64,000 nt of DNA from an uncultured Desulfobacter sp. (GCA_963665095.1 OY762069.1:4096001-4160000), one strand, 5' to 3'; positions 48,516 to 58,773 are shown, counted from the first letter of the stretch. Notes: generated by a model not told the origin, from the sequence alone. Program-made: numbers and translations.

Positions 48516-50986
48516 TCATTCTCCCTGTGTCTGTTTTTCTGCTCAAAATGGGGCAATTTGTTTGCACCCTTCAATATCCAGTGTTCCGTTAGAAACGGGA
48601 TGATCACCAAGGCCATGAAAAGGCTGACGGTCATTCCGGTCAGGCCGGCCACGCCAATGGAAAACAAGGCCTTGTGCCGTGCAAAGCACAGGCTGGCAAA
48701 GGCACCGATGGTTGTCATGGCGCAGATCAGCACGGCACCCGGCGTAATCTGCTGATCGTCTTTTCTGTTTGACAGCCCATTGTGAACCAGGAAGATGGAA
48801 AAATCCACCCCCACACCAAATACAAAAATGATAAACACAATGCTGATCAGGTTGACACTGATGCCGCAAAGCCCGAGAAGTCCGGCCGTAACAACGGCGC
48901 TTAACATCACCGGAATAAGCGTGGTGATGACGGTTTTAAGGTGTCGCTGGCAAAAGGTCAGTACAATAATAATGGACAGGGCGGCCCAGATCAGGAACTC
49001 TTTGAATTCATCCGCCACCCTAACTGAAATTTTTTCAATGAGATAGGGTTTGTTGATCACCAGGGTACCGGGAAGCTGCGTTTTGATTTTGCAGGTCACC
49101 GCTGGGATCAAGGCATTATCCCGGATCATGGCATTGGTCAGAATCAGGGTGCCTTTGGCGGTGATGATCAGCTTTGATTTTATAAGTGGATAGATTACTG
49201 TGGGCTTGAAATCGTCCATGGTTAACGCGGCCGGTGCTGCACCGCCGGAGATATTTTCAAGCTCCCTGGTAAACGGGGAAAACGCCTCCCGGGTGAATCC
49301 ATTGGCCAGGCAGGCCTGTTCAAGATCGGATTTCAGTGCGGCAACCCGCTGGGGGGTAAAAATTTGGGTCAGGGTGGCCAGCCGTTTTCCCTGGGCCTGT
49401 TTTGACGGCAGGATGGTGGACAGGGAGGCGATATTGGTGACCTCTCCCTCTTGTTCCAGATGCTGCAGCAGGCTGAAAAGCTGATCGTTTTTCTGCAGGG
49501 CCGTTTCCGTATCCTTTGCCTGAACCATGAAAATCGTGGCTGCGGTCTGTCCCCAGGTGGCAAGAAAATGGTCCATCTCTTTCTGGGCGTCAGGGGTAAG
49601 ATGGTTCAGGGCATTCACATCTCCGTTAAAGCTGAATCTGCCAAGACCTGTGATGCCGGCAATGGCCAGGAACAGGCAGCCGCAGATGAATATCCAGGTA
49701 TGTTTTTTTCTGACATTCATCAGCGCACTGCTGACATTCACCAGGGATATCATGGGTTTTGCAGGGGTCCAGGGCCTTACACAGATAAAAGCGGGAAGCA
49801 GGGTCAGGGCAAAGGCTGCCGCACCGGCAATGCCGATAATGGAGATCCATCCCATCTGTCTTTGGCCGGGCAGGGATGAGAACACAAGGCAGCCGAATGC
49901 CGCCATGGTGGTGGCCGCACCTGTGAGGATGGGGGTTTTTAGCTTTTTGATGATTTCAGTCACATGGGCCGTGCCTTGGGTGTCTGCATGGAAAAGAATA
50001 TGGATGCCGAAGTCAACCGTGATGCCAACTAACAGCGCCCCGCATCCAAGGGCAATGGCGGACACCGTGTGCGTTGACAAGGCCGCCACAGCCCCTGCAA
50101 AGGCGAGGCTCACTGTGGTGGGGACAAAGATCAAGAGCACATGGTAGAAACGGCTGAAAAATAAAGCGCCCATCACCAGAATGCCGATGCTTAAAACCAG
50201 GATGGTTCGTTTGATATCCGACTTGATGGTGGATGCATTGTCCAGGGTGGCCCGGTGAACACCGGAAAAACCAATGTGTATTCCCGTGCCCAGCTCTTTG
50301 GCTATCGTCTTTCTTACCTGGTCAAGAAAGGTGAACATCTTTTGGGAGGCAACCGTGTCCACGGCCGGGGTGGCCGGAGTGGCCACCATGAGCAGGCTGG
50401 TTCCCTCTTTGTTGATGATCCGCGACTGGCCGGCCTGGGCACCTGGCATCTCGGACTGGAAGGCCGACAGTTTTTTTAAAATGATATAATCCAGCCCAAA
50501 GGGATCCCGGGGTTTGTTTTTTGCCGAAAAGGCGCTGGAGGGACTGAGCAGTTCCCGTTTGATATCAACTATCCGGCGGCCTATATTCTCTGCAGCAGTC
50601 AGTTGCTCTACCTGTATCAGGTCGTCTGTATCCAGAAGCCGGTATTTTTTTTGACTGACAAGGTCCATCAGCTCAAGGACCCCCTGACGGGAGAACTGGT
50701 ACAGGATATCATCAAAAAACGGGGCATCCTTGATGGCTTTGAAACAGGCATCCCCGGCCTTTTCAAGAAGCTTTGGATCAGGCGTGTCTGTATCAATCTG
50801 AATGTACAGTGCTTCTGCCGCCGGCACCTCCGTGATGAAATTTTTAAAATCAACCACTTCCGGATCTGAGTCCGGCAAAAGGGCCGTGACCTGTTCATCC
50901 ACATCCAGTTTCAGGGCCATAAACATGCAGACCAGGTAAAACACCAGGGTGAGGAGGATTGAGGATTTCGAAGATAGTTTCAGCAT
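48512..50986 (-). CDS. MMPL/RND-family exporter; start placed at ATG 50986
   Basis: Duplicated TM repeats GITVDFGIH and GVGVDFSIF, TTMAAFG and TTIGAFASL. Confidence 0.88.
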   Translation of the reverse strand: MLKLSSKSSILLTLVFYLVCMFMALKLDVDEQVTALLPDSDPEVVDFKNFITEVPAAEALYIQIDTDTPDPKLLEKAGDACFKAIKDAPFFDDILYQFSRQGVLELMDLVSQKKYRLLDTDDLIQVEQLTAAENIGRRIVDIKRELLSPSSAFSAKNKPRDPFGLDYIILKKLSAFQSEMPGAQAGQSRIINKEGTSLLMVATPATPAVDTVASQKMFTFLDQVRKTIAKELGTGIHIGFSGVHRATLDNASTIKSDIKRTILVLSIGILVMGALFFSRFYHVLLIFVPTTVSLAFAGAVAALSTHTVSAIALGCGALLVGITVDFGIHILFHADTQGTAHVTEIIKKLKTPILTGAATTMAAFGCLVFSSLPGQRQMGWISIIGIAGAAAFALTLLPAFICVRPWTPAKPMISLVNVSSALMNVRKKHTWIFICGCLFLAIAGITGLGRFSFNGDVNALNHLTPDAQKEMDHFLATWGQTAATIFMVQAKDTETALQKNDQLFSLLQHLEQEGEVTNIASLSTILPSKQAQGKRLATLTQIFTPQRVAALKSDLEQACLANGFTREAFSPFTRELENISGGAAPAALTMDDFKPTVIYPLIKSKLIITAKGTLILTNAMIRDNALIPAVTCKIKTQLPGTLVINKPYLIEKISVRVADEFKEFLIWAALSIIIVLTFCQRHLKTVITTLIPVMLSAVVTAGLLGLCGISVNLISIVFIIFVFGVGVDFSIFLVHNGLSNRKDDQQITPGAVLICAMTTIGAFASLCFARHKALFSIGVAGLTGMTVSLFMALVIIPFLTEHWILKGANKLPHFEQKNRHRENE

Positions 50987-51005
50987 TGCAGCAGTTATAA
51001 AGGCG

Positions 51006-52202
51006 TCAGGCCCGGCGGAAAACAAGCACGGCATTGTTCCCGCCAAAGGCAACGGACTGGGATATGGCACCGGGTTTGTCAGTTTTCTGGATGGCGGTAA
51101 CCGGGCTCAGGTTAAAATCAGGATCAGGCGTTGAAAATCCCCTTGAGGGGGGAATTTCACCTCTGTTCAGGCAGGCCAGGGTAAACACCGCCTCCAGCGC
51201 ACCGGCCGCCCCCAGGGTATGCCCGGTATATCCTTTGGTGGAAAAAAAAGGAATGCCCGACAGTTTGTCTTTAAACACGGTCATCTCCATACGATCGTTA
51301 TCTTTGGTGCCTGTGCCGTGGGCATTGATGAATCCGATGTCGGAAATATCAATGGAACCGGATGAAAGCACCTGGTCAAGGGCGGCGATCAGTCCGCCGG
51401 CATCAGGCCGCGGCTTGGTCAGGTGATAGGCGTCACAGGCCGCCCCATAGCCAGAAACATAGCCTTTGACCGTGCTTCCCGGGTATGCTCCGCCCGAAGC
51501 AGGCGCAAGAATTACGGCGGCTGCTCCCTCTCCGAGGTTGAGTCCGCTGCGGCCCGCGTCAAAGGGCCTGCAGGGGGCGGCATCGGTAATCATCAGCGAA
51601 ATAAATCCATTATAGGTTACTTTGCACAGCTCGTCGCTGCCCCCGGCTATGACCAGGTCGCACAGACCGGCATTGATCCATTCCCGCGCAACACCGATGG
51701 CATCGGAGCCGGAGGCACAGGCATTGACAACGGTCTGCACAGGCCCTGCCAGCTCAAATGTGTCGGCAATGGCCTGGGCCGGGTTGGAGGAGAGAAACCG
51801 GCAGACCGGCGTCATGTCCGGTGATCCCCCTGTCCGGTACTGGGCGTAAAAGGGGTCGTTGTTCAAGGATGAGCCCACAGTGGTGCCCATGCAGACCCCG
51901 ACCCTTTTGCCCTTAAGGTCTTTAGGCGGGATGCCTGCATCTTCCAGGGCCTGTCTGGCTGCAGCAATGGCCATCCGGGCGGTCAGGCTTAAATCCCTGC
52001 CCTCTGCCGCCAGCTGCAGGGGAAGATCCCCGGGCAGGTTAAACACCGGGTAGGGCACGGGGTGATCTGTTGTAAATGCAGACGGGGGTGCCGGATCCAC
52101 GGGCGCGTTGAACATTCTGTCCATGCACTGTGTCAGATTTTTGCCCAGACAGCACACAGCGCCCATGCCTGTCACGGCAGTCGGTTCACTTAAAATCATC
52201 AT
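51006..52202 (-). CDS. Beta-ketoacyl-ACP synthase (KS1)
   Basis: VNACASGSDAIG, HGTGT, GHTLGAAG, AFGG; ATGA overlap with the upstream gene. Confidence 0.92.
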   Translation of the reverse strand: MMILSEPTAVTGMGAVCCLGKNLTQCMDRMFNAPVDPAPPSAFTTDHPVPYPVFNLPGDLPLQLAAEGRDLSLTARMAIAAARQALEDAGIPPKDLKGKRVGVCMGTTVGSSLNNDPFYAQYRTGGSPDMTPVCRFLSSNPAQAIADTFELAGPVQTVVNACASGSDAIGVAREWINAGLCDLVIAGGSDELCKVTYNGFISLMITDAAPCRPFDAGRSGLNLGEGAAAVILAPASGGAYPGSTVKGYVSGYGAACDAYHLTKPRPDAGGLIAALDQVLSSGSIDISDIGFINAHGTGTKDNDRMEMTVFKDKLSGIPFFSTKGYTGHTLGAAGALEAVFTLACLNRGEIPPSRGFSTPDPDFNLSPVTAIQKTDKPGAISQSVAFGGNNAVLVFRRA

Positions 52203-53149
52203 GTCAGGGAGCCTTTTGCTTGTTGGGCAGGATCTTCGGCCGCATCTGCCTTTGCCTCCTGGTCCCACATATTATAAAAATTAAAAAACTGATACGGATG
52301 GTCCTTTGTGTATTGCTCAAGTGTGGTGAGATATGCCTGGATATAGGGGGCATAGCTTTGGGGCGATTTCCCCGGCTTGGGCGGCACATGGATGATCTGC
52401 GGGATGCTCAGCTCATAGGTGCTGTGCCCGGTTTTAAAGGTGTTAAGCACCACAATGGGTTTCTGGGTAATGCCGGAGAGCTTGTAAGCGCTGAAAGGAA
52501 AAAGGGCCGTGTCATTTAAAAAGGTCATCTCCACAGCATAGGCGGCGTTCCCAAAAAGCCGGTCCCCCATGATGCACAGAATTTCATCATTTTTAAGCAC
52601 ATTGAGCATATCCAGGGTGCCGCCAAGAAACTGGTCCGGATTGATTACTTTGAATTTTTCCGCCAGCCCCTCTTTGGCCTGCTTCCCGATCACTTGCTCC
52701 GGCAGGGCCAGCATGAGCAGGTTCACGGGCCGGTTCAGCCGGGACAGGGCCGTCATGGCCACCTGCCAGCATCCCACATGGGACATGAGAATGATAAAAC
52801 CGGAGTCAAGATCTTTAATCCGGTGATAATCTTCTGGGTCATGGAAATCGGCTTTGATGTTGTTCACGCCCGGGCTCGCCATGACAGCACTGTCAATAAG
52901 CACTTTGCCTAAGTTCAGGACCTGCCGGAAACTGTGCATAAAAAGCTTTGTTCCCCCGGCGCAGGGAAACCGTCTGGACAGATAAGGGCGGCAGTTTTGT
53001 CTCACAGAGGGGAAAAAGGCCACATAGACAAAGACCACAAAATAGAGGCAGAAGTAGGCAAAGCGCCGCCCAAGCAGGCGGACTGCGTAGTGAAAAAAGG
53101 CAAGCCCCCATCGGGTGCCGTATTTTCGTGAATTCCAGGTATGACTCAT
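52199..53149 (-). CDS. LpxL/LpxP-like acyltransferase
   Basis: MSHVGCW, IMGDR, HPYQFFNFYNMW; RBS AGAGGA before ATG 53149. Confidence 0.85.
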   Translation of the reverse strand: MSHTWNSRKYGTRWGLAFFHYAVRLLGRRFAYFCLYFVVFVYVAFFPSVRQNCRPYLSRRFPCAGGTKLFMHSFRQVLNLGKVLIDSAVMASPGVNNIKADFHDPEDYHRIKDLDSGFIILMSHVGCWQVAMTALSRLNRPVNLLMLALPEQVIGKQAKEGLAEKFKVINPDQFLGGTLDMLNVLKNDEILCIMGDRLFGNAAYAVEMTFLNDTALFPFSAYKLSGITQKPIVVLNTFKTGHSTYELSIPQIIHVPPKPGKSPQSYAPYIQAYLTTLEQYTKDHPYQFFNFYNMWDQEAKADAAEDPAQQAKGSLT

Positions 53150-53192
53150 CTTTTCCTCTACGTTAGTTATGGCCTGATTGGTCTGGCCGGGA

Positions 53193-54356
53193 TCACTCCC
53201 TTTCCGGTGCCACGGCAATTGCCGATGCTGCCAGATATATAATGGCAAATGTCAGCGCGCCTAATATCGGGGCCAGGACAAGACCGCCAAGACACCACTC
53301 CACAAAACGGTCCAGACACTGATGGCCCAGTGTCTCAAAGGATATTTCAGTTAAAAAACGTCCCTCATGGGTCAAAAAGTACCCCACCTCAATGCACAGG
53401 GCCGGCACAATGGGCGGCATGCAGAACTGGCTGGCCCCCAGGGCAATAATTTTATTCAGTCTGAAAAAGCCGGCTGCCATGAGAATGGCAAGGGAATGAA
53501 CCGCCACCAGCGGCAGGGTGCCTAAAAACACCCCCACTGCGGCGGCCATGGCAATTTCGTAAGGTGTCAGCCGGTTGGCAAGAAAATGCCGGATGCTCTC
53601 CACGGGCTTGAGTATGGAAAATTTTACCGGTTTAACCCTGCCTGTAATCTGCTTATGGGGCCAGGGCAGAAAAGATCTCAGGGTCAGCCGGGTGTTCAGA
53701 TGGGTCAGCCTGAGATTGTCCATGAAGAGCTTGAAATGGGAAATGCGCTTTCCCGGAGCCTGGTAAAAGACATGGATATCAATAGGCGTTACAGGGACGC
53801 CTGCCCAGGCAGCCTTAACCAGAAACTCAATTTCAAAATCATACCGGGTGCGGTCAAAGGAAAGTTGCTCAAATACATACAGTGGATAGGCCCTGAATCC
53901 GGACTGGGCATCTCCGGCAGACATGCCGGTCTGAACCCGGAACCAGAAATTGGAGAACTCCCGGCCGAAACGGGAAGATTTAGGCGCCGTGGAATTTTTA
54001 AAATCCCGTTTACCGATAATCAGCGCCCGGGGATCTTCCTGGATGGCTGCTGTAAATTTAGGTATATCTTCCGGGCGATGCTGCAGATCGGCATCAATGG
54101 AAATCATATGGGTGTAGCCCTTTGACAGGGCGTATTGCGCCGCAGTCATCAGGGCCGCACCTTTGCCCTGGTTGGTGCTGTGTCTCAGAATTTCAACACC
54201 GATGGTGCCGTCAAAATCCCGGGGCAGGTCGCTGCTGCCGTCATCCACCACCAGGACATCTTTGTGAACCGCCAGGCATCCCTGCACCACTTTTTCAATG
54301 GTCCTGCCATGGTTGAACAATGGAATAACAATCAGAATGCGCACACGTGGTTCCAT
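53193..54356 (-). CDS. Glycosyltransferase family 2 with C-terminal DUF2062-like membrane domain
   Basis: VIPLFNH, VVDDGS, NQGKGAAL, DADLQH, DAQSGFRAYP, SHF...DN. Confidence 0.88.
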   Translation of the reverse strand: MEPRVRILIVIPLFNHGRTIEKVVQGCLAVHKDVLVVDDGSSDLPRDFDGTIGVEILRHSTNQGKGAALMTAAQYALSKGYTHMISIDADLQHRPEDIPKFTAAIQEDPRALIIGKRDFKNSTAPKSSRFGREFSNFWFRVQTGMSAGDAQSGFRAYPLYVFEQLSFDRTRYDFEIEFLVKAAWAGVPVTPIDIHVFYQAPGKRISHFKLFMDNLRLTHLNTRLTLRSFLPWPHKQITGRVKPVKFSILKPVESIRHFLANRLTPYEIAMAAAVGVFLGTLPLVAVHSLAILMAAGFFRLNKIIALGASQFCMPPIVPALCIEVGYFLTHEGRFLTEISFETLGHQCLDRFVEWCLGGLVLAPILGALTFAIIYLAASAIAVAPERE

Positions 54357-54364
54357 TGCAATAG

Positions 54365-55963
54365 CTATAACTCTTCCAGATACTCGGACAGGCTGTCAAA
54401 CAAGGGGCTTGAAAAGAGCAGGCGTCTGAATTTAACCAGAAGGTCGTGGAAAATGGTTGTATTGTCATACACCTGAAATTCCCGGTTCAGAATGTCGTAA
54501 ATTCTACCTGTTCCTTTGCCGAGGTGTTGGGAGTGCCTGAAGGATAATGCCTGGAGATCCGCCAACATTTCCAGGGTCACCACATGCTTGGCATGGCTGA
54601 CCAGGCGAAGGGCTTTTCGTGCTGCCACGGTTCCCATGGAGACGATATCCTGGTTACTGGCGTTGCACGATATGGAGTTCACGCTCATGGGAGCCGCCAG
54701 ATTCCTGTTTTCCGCCGTGGTGGAGGTGGCCAGGTACTGCGCCCCCATGAACCCCATGGTTAAACCGACCTCGCCGGGGATCAGATGTTCGGGCAGGCCT
54801 TCGTTCAGGTGCCTGTCCAGAAGTTTGTTTGTGCGGCGTTCAGACAGGTTGCACAGGGTGGACAGGGCAATGCACAGCATGTCCATGGCAAAGCTGATGC
54901 TCTGTCCGTGGAAATTGCCGCCATGCAGGATTTTTTTCTCTTCCGCAATGATGATGGGATTGTCGTTGGTGGAGTTGGCTTCAATTTCAACCACAGATAC
55001 CGCATAGTCCACTGCCTCCTTCACCGGTGCGAGCACCTGGGGCGTGCAGCGAAGGGAGTATACGTCCTGGACATTGATGCTGGTCTCAAACACTGCCGCA
55101 TCTTTTTCTTCCTGGTTCCTGATTTTTTGATGAAGATCATCTCTCAGGCTGATATTGCCGGATCCCTGGTAGAGATTTCTGATGAGTTCCGCTGTTTTTA
55201 CCTGACCGGGATGGGGTTTGATCCGGTGGAGATCCGGGTCAAAGGCATCCACAATGCCGCCGAAAATTTCCACGGCAAAGGCGGCGTTCACGCAGGCAAT
55301 GTTGAAAAGCCGGGTGGCCCCGAGCAGCGCAAAGGCGGCAATGCCGGTCATGGCCGCAGTGCCGTTCATCAGGGCCAGCCCTTCCTTGAAGCTTAAGGTC
55401 AGCGGTACCAGCCCTGCTTTTTCAAAGGCGTCCACCGCAGGCATCAGCTCTTTTTTATAGTAAACATTGCCTTTGCCGATAATGGCCAGGGACATGTGGG
55501 CCAGGTGGATCAGATCTCCCGAGGCCCCCACGCTGCCGCACTCGGGTATATACGGGGCAATGGATGCGTTAATCATATCCCGCATCAGGGTCAACAGCCG
55601 GATTCTGACACCGGAATGCCCTTTTACAAGGGTGTTGAGACGGACGGCCATGATACCTAGAGCAATATGGGCGGGGATGGGATCGCCCAAGCCTGCCGCA
55701 TGGCTGGTAATCAGATTGGTCTGGAGGGTCTCAATTTCCCGGTCATTGATGATTTTATTGCACATGGGGCCAAAGGAGGTGTTCACGCCGTAAATCACCT
55801 TTTTCTCTTTAACCTGGGCGCTTAGAAAATCACGGGAAGCCCGGCAGACTTCGATAGATTTTGGGTCCAGTTCAATTTTTTTGATGCCAATGCCAATGGC
55901 AATAATGTCCTGAAAGGTCAGATCATTGCCGGTAAGGGTTACTTTATTCTGTGTTTTTGTCAT
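54365..55963 (-). CDS. MIO-dependent aromatic amino acid ammonia-lyase (HAL/TAL/PAL family)
   Basis: IYGVNTSFG, GSVGASGDL (ASG/MIO), KEGLALMNGT, QDVYSLRC, GGNFHG, NQDIVSMG. Confidence 0.93.
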   Translation of the reverse strand: MTKTQNKVTLTGNDLTFQDIIAIGIGIKKIELDPKSIEVCRASRDFLSAQVKEKKVIYGVNTSFGPMCNKIINDREIETLQTNLITSHAAGLGDPIPAHIALGIMAVRLNTLVKGHSGVRIRLLTLMRDMINASIAPYIPECGSVGASGDLIHLAHMSLAIIGKGNVYYKKELMPAVDAFEKAGLVPLTLSFKEGLALMNGTAAMTGIAAFALLGATRLFNIACVNAAFAVEIFGGIVDAFDPDLHRIKPHPGQVKTAELIRNLYQGSGNISLRDDLHQKIRNQEEKDAAVFETSINVQDVYSLRCTPQVLAPVKEAVDYAVSVVEIEANSTNDNPIIIAEEKKILHGGNFHGQSISFAMDMLCIALSTLCNLSERRTNKLLDRHLNEGLPEHLIPGEVGLTMGFMGAQYLATSTTAENRNLAAPMSVNSISCNASNQDIVSMGTVAARKALRLVSHAKHVVTLEMLADLQALSFRHSQHLGKGTGRIYDILNREFQVYDNTTIFHDLLVKFRRLLFSSPLFDSLSEYLEEL

Positions 55964-55978
55964 TTTGGGGCGGGTTTC

Positions 55979-57412
55979 CTACCTGAGATCAAAAAAGGTG
56001 ATGCGTTTTCTTTTTTTATGAAGCTGGTACACTTTCTGGTCCACCTGCTGGGCCGGTACAATCTTTATTTCCGGGACCACGCGAAGCACAGCCTGCAGAT
56101 GCTCTGTCATCCATCCGGGTACCGCGTCACAGCCTGAATGTTCAGGATGATTCTTTAGTGCGGCCACAAGACAGACCCTGTCGGTTCCGTCGTCATTCAG
56201 CCTGGCTTCAACATATCCCCCATGGAATTTTTCATTTCCCTCAAGGGCGCCAAGGATGGCATTGGGGAACAGGGTGGTGCCCTTGTATTTGAGCATCTGA
56301 TGTTTCCGGCCTGATATGGGCGCAAGCCTGGGCGAGGTTCTGCCGCAGGCACAGGGTTGGGTAATCATATATGAAAGATCCCCTGTGCGGAACCGGATCA
56401 GGGGCATGCCTGTAACACCTAAGGGCGTCACCACCACCTCTCCGAGTTCACCGTCCAGTACAGGGCGGTCCCTGTCATCAAGGATTTCAACAATGATCAT
56501 TTCCGGTCTGAGATGGCCCCCGGCCCGGGCCTCACACTCACAAAAGGTGGTGGCCATTTCAGATGAGGCGTAGGTTGAATAGATGGCCGCCCCCCACATG
56601 GTTTCAAGCCTGTGCGACATGGGAAGAAGTGACAGGGAGGCATCCCGGGTGGGTTCACCAATGGCGATGAGTTTTTTTACACTGGATGCCGCAGGATCAT
56701 ACCCGTTTTCAAGGGCAAAACTGCCGATTTTATGCATCAGGGAGGGGACCCCCACCATGGCGGTGGCATTGGTACGCCGGGTCAGCTCCCAGAGCTGGGC
56801 CGCAGAACCGGAGCCAGCCCTGACCACTGAGGCTGACACTTTTGTGCCTCCCATGAAATAGGCCAGGCCTGCCATGAAACAGCGGTCTATGGCGGCACAG
56901 ACAATCAGTGTGTCCGTATCTGTGATGCCTGCCATGCCAAAGGCAAGTTGTTCGTTGTATGCAAGGCGGGACAGGTCCGATGCTGTCTGGGGAATGATGG
57001 TGGCTTCTCCGCCTGATGTGCCGGATGTCAGGCAGATGTCAACAATCTGCCTTTGATCTGCACAGCATAACAGCTCTGTGTTTTCCAGATCTGATTTCTC
57101 GGTGATGGGCAGCGCGGTAATATCCGACAGTGTCCGGATGTCGTCAATGTCGACACCGGCTGCTTTAAAGGATGCCTGATAAAATCGTGAACCGGAAAGG
57201 GTATAGGAGAGATGATCCAGAAAAAGCCGGGTCTGAACCTTTAAAATTTCATCAGATGATGCATATTGAAGCCCAGCATGAACCTGGGCCGGGAAATCAG
57301 TGAATAACTGCAGCGGGTTATTTCGTTCCAATTTTTGTGGAGATGTCATCAGCGGTATATTAAAAATCCTTTTTTGTATCGGTTTTAAAGCGCCCCGGGC
57401 AAATGTATTCAA
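55979..57412 (-). CDS. Phenylacetate-CoA ligase-like adenylate-forming enzyme; start may be ATG near 57349
   Basis: TSGTSG, YSTYASSE, GEVVVT...MPLIRFRTGD, GRKHQMLKYKG. Confidence 0.9.
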   Translation of the reverse strand: MNTFARGALKPIQKRIFNIPLMTSPQKLERNNPLQLFTDFPAQVHAGLQYASSDEILKVQTRLFLDHLSYTLSGSRFYQASFKAAGVDIDDIRTLSDITALPITEKSDLENTELLCCADQRQIVDICLTSGTSGGEATIIPQTASDLSRLAYNEQLAFGMAGITDTDTLIVCAAIDRCFMAGLAYFMGGTKVSASVVRAGSGSAAQLWELTRRTNATAMVGVPSLMHKIGSFALENGYDPAASSVKKLIAIGEPTRDASLSLLPMSHRLETMWGAAIYSTYASSEMATTFCECEARAGGHLRPEMIIVEILDDRDRPVLDGELGEVVVTPLGVTGMPLIRFRTGDLSYMITQPCACGRTSPRLAPISGRKHQMLKYKGTTLFPNAILGALEGNEKFHGGYVEARLNDDGTDRVCLVAALKNHPEHSGCDAVPGWMTEHLQAVLRVVPEIKIVPAQQVDQKVYQLHKKRKRITFFDLR

Positions 57413-57621
57413 GTGTAAGGACGAAAAACAGCCATGGGCATTTTCCCCTTTTCCATTGATCCCTTTTTAAGATGCCTCTTCCCTGGAGCAGTTTGGTTTT
57501 ATCTTTGTCAGTTTAACAAGTCAAGAATTTGCCTTTTTTATCATTTTTTTTTATAACCGCAGCTTATAAAAAGTGATCTCCGGCAAATAAAAGCCGGAAA
57601 AATTTTATTGTTAATTTCTGG

Positions 57622-58773
57622 GTGTATATGAAAACCATTCATTACCATCTGATCTGTGATTCCTCAAATATGGAAGCCCTGGCAGACCAGAGCGTCAACC
57701 TTGTGGTGACCTCTCCTCCCTATCCCATGATTGACATGTGGGATGATGTGTTCTGCCGGCAAAACACCAAAATTAAGACCTGTCTGAAAAAGGATGAAGG
57801 GTTTCAGGCCTTTGAATATATGCACCAACTGCTGGACCGGGTCTGGAAAGAGGTGTACAGGGTGCTTTTGCCCGGCGGGTTTGCCTGTATCAATATCGGG
57901 GATGCCACACGCACCATTGGGGGGGATTTTGCCCTGTATCCCAATCATGCAAGAATTTTAAGTGCTGCCCAGGCACTGGGGTTTACAATGCTTCCCTGCA
58001 TTTTATGGCGCAAACAGACCAATGCACCTAATAAATTCATGGGCTCGGGCATGCTGCCGGCAGGGGCCTATGTGACCCTGGAGCACGAATATATTCTTAT
58101 TTTAAGAAAAGGGGGGAAGCGGGTCTTTTCAACTCCGGGAGACAGGGAAACACGTCAAAACAGTGCCTTGTTCTGGGAAGAGCGCAACCAGTGGTTTTCA
58201 GACATCTGGCTGGACCTCAAGGGTACACGCCAGGCCATGGGAAAAAAGAAAAGCCGTACCCGGAGCGGGGCCTTTCCCTTTGAACTGGCCTGGCGCCTGA
58301 TCAATATGTATTCCCTTAAAGAGGACGTTGTACTGGACCCCTTTCTGGGTACTGGCACCACCACCCTGGCCGCCATGGCCGCCGGCCGCAGTTCCATGGG
58401 CTGTGAAATTGACGAAACCGTTCTGGCCGACTTTAATACCCCATGGCAGGCCCGTCTGGATGAATTTTCAAACATCATAGTACAGCGCCTTGACCGGCAT
58501 AAAGCGTTTGTCCGTGAGCGTCTTGAGGCGGGTAAACCCATAAAGCATGAAAACAGCCATTATGGATTCCCTGTGGTCACGAGCCAGGAAAAGAATCTTG
58601 TATTCAGTGTGCCGGTATCTGTTGAAAGAAAAGAAGACGGCGGCATGGTGGTTCATTACAGCACAACACCTGAGGATACAGGGCCATTGATGAAAACTGC
58701 GCCTCGTTCAGCCAGCTCTGCCATGCCGCTGTCAGATGGGTCATTATTTCCCGGTTTTGATAATAATTCTTAG
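57622..58773 (+). CDS. Orphan beta-class amino-DNA methyltransferase (probably N4-cytosine)
   Basis: Catalytic VTSPPY before SAM-binding VLDPFLGTGTT; no restriction endonuclease adjacent. Confidence 0.88.
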   Translation: MYMKTIHYHLICDSSNMEALADQSVNLVVTSPPYPMIDMWDDVFCRQNTKIKTCLKKDEGFQAFEYMHQLLDRVWKEVYRVLLPGGFACINIGDATRTIGGDFALYPNHARILSAAQALGFTMLPCILWRKQTNAPNKFMGSGMLPAGAYVTLEHEYILILRKGGKRVFSTPGDRETRQNSALFWEERNQWFSDIWLDLKGTRQAMGKKKSRTRSGAFPFELAWRLINMYSLKEDVVLDPFLGTGTTTLAAMAAGRSSMGCEIDETVLADFNTPWQARLDEFSNIIVQRLDRHKAFVRERLEAGKPIKHENSHYGFPVVTSQEKNLVFSVPVSVERKEDGGMVVHYSTTPEDTGPLMKTAPRSASSAMPLSDGSLFPGFDNNS

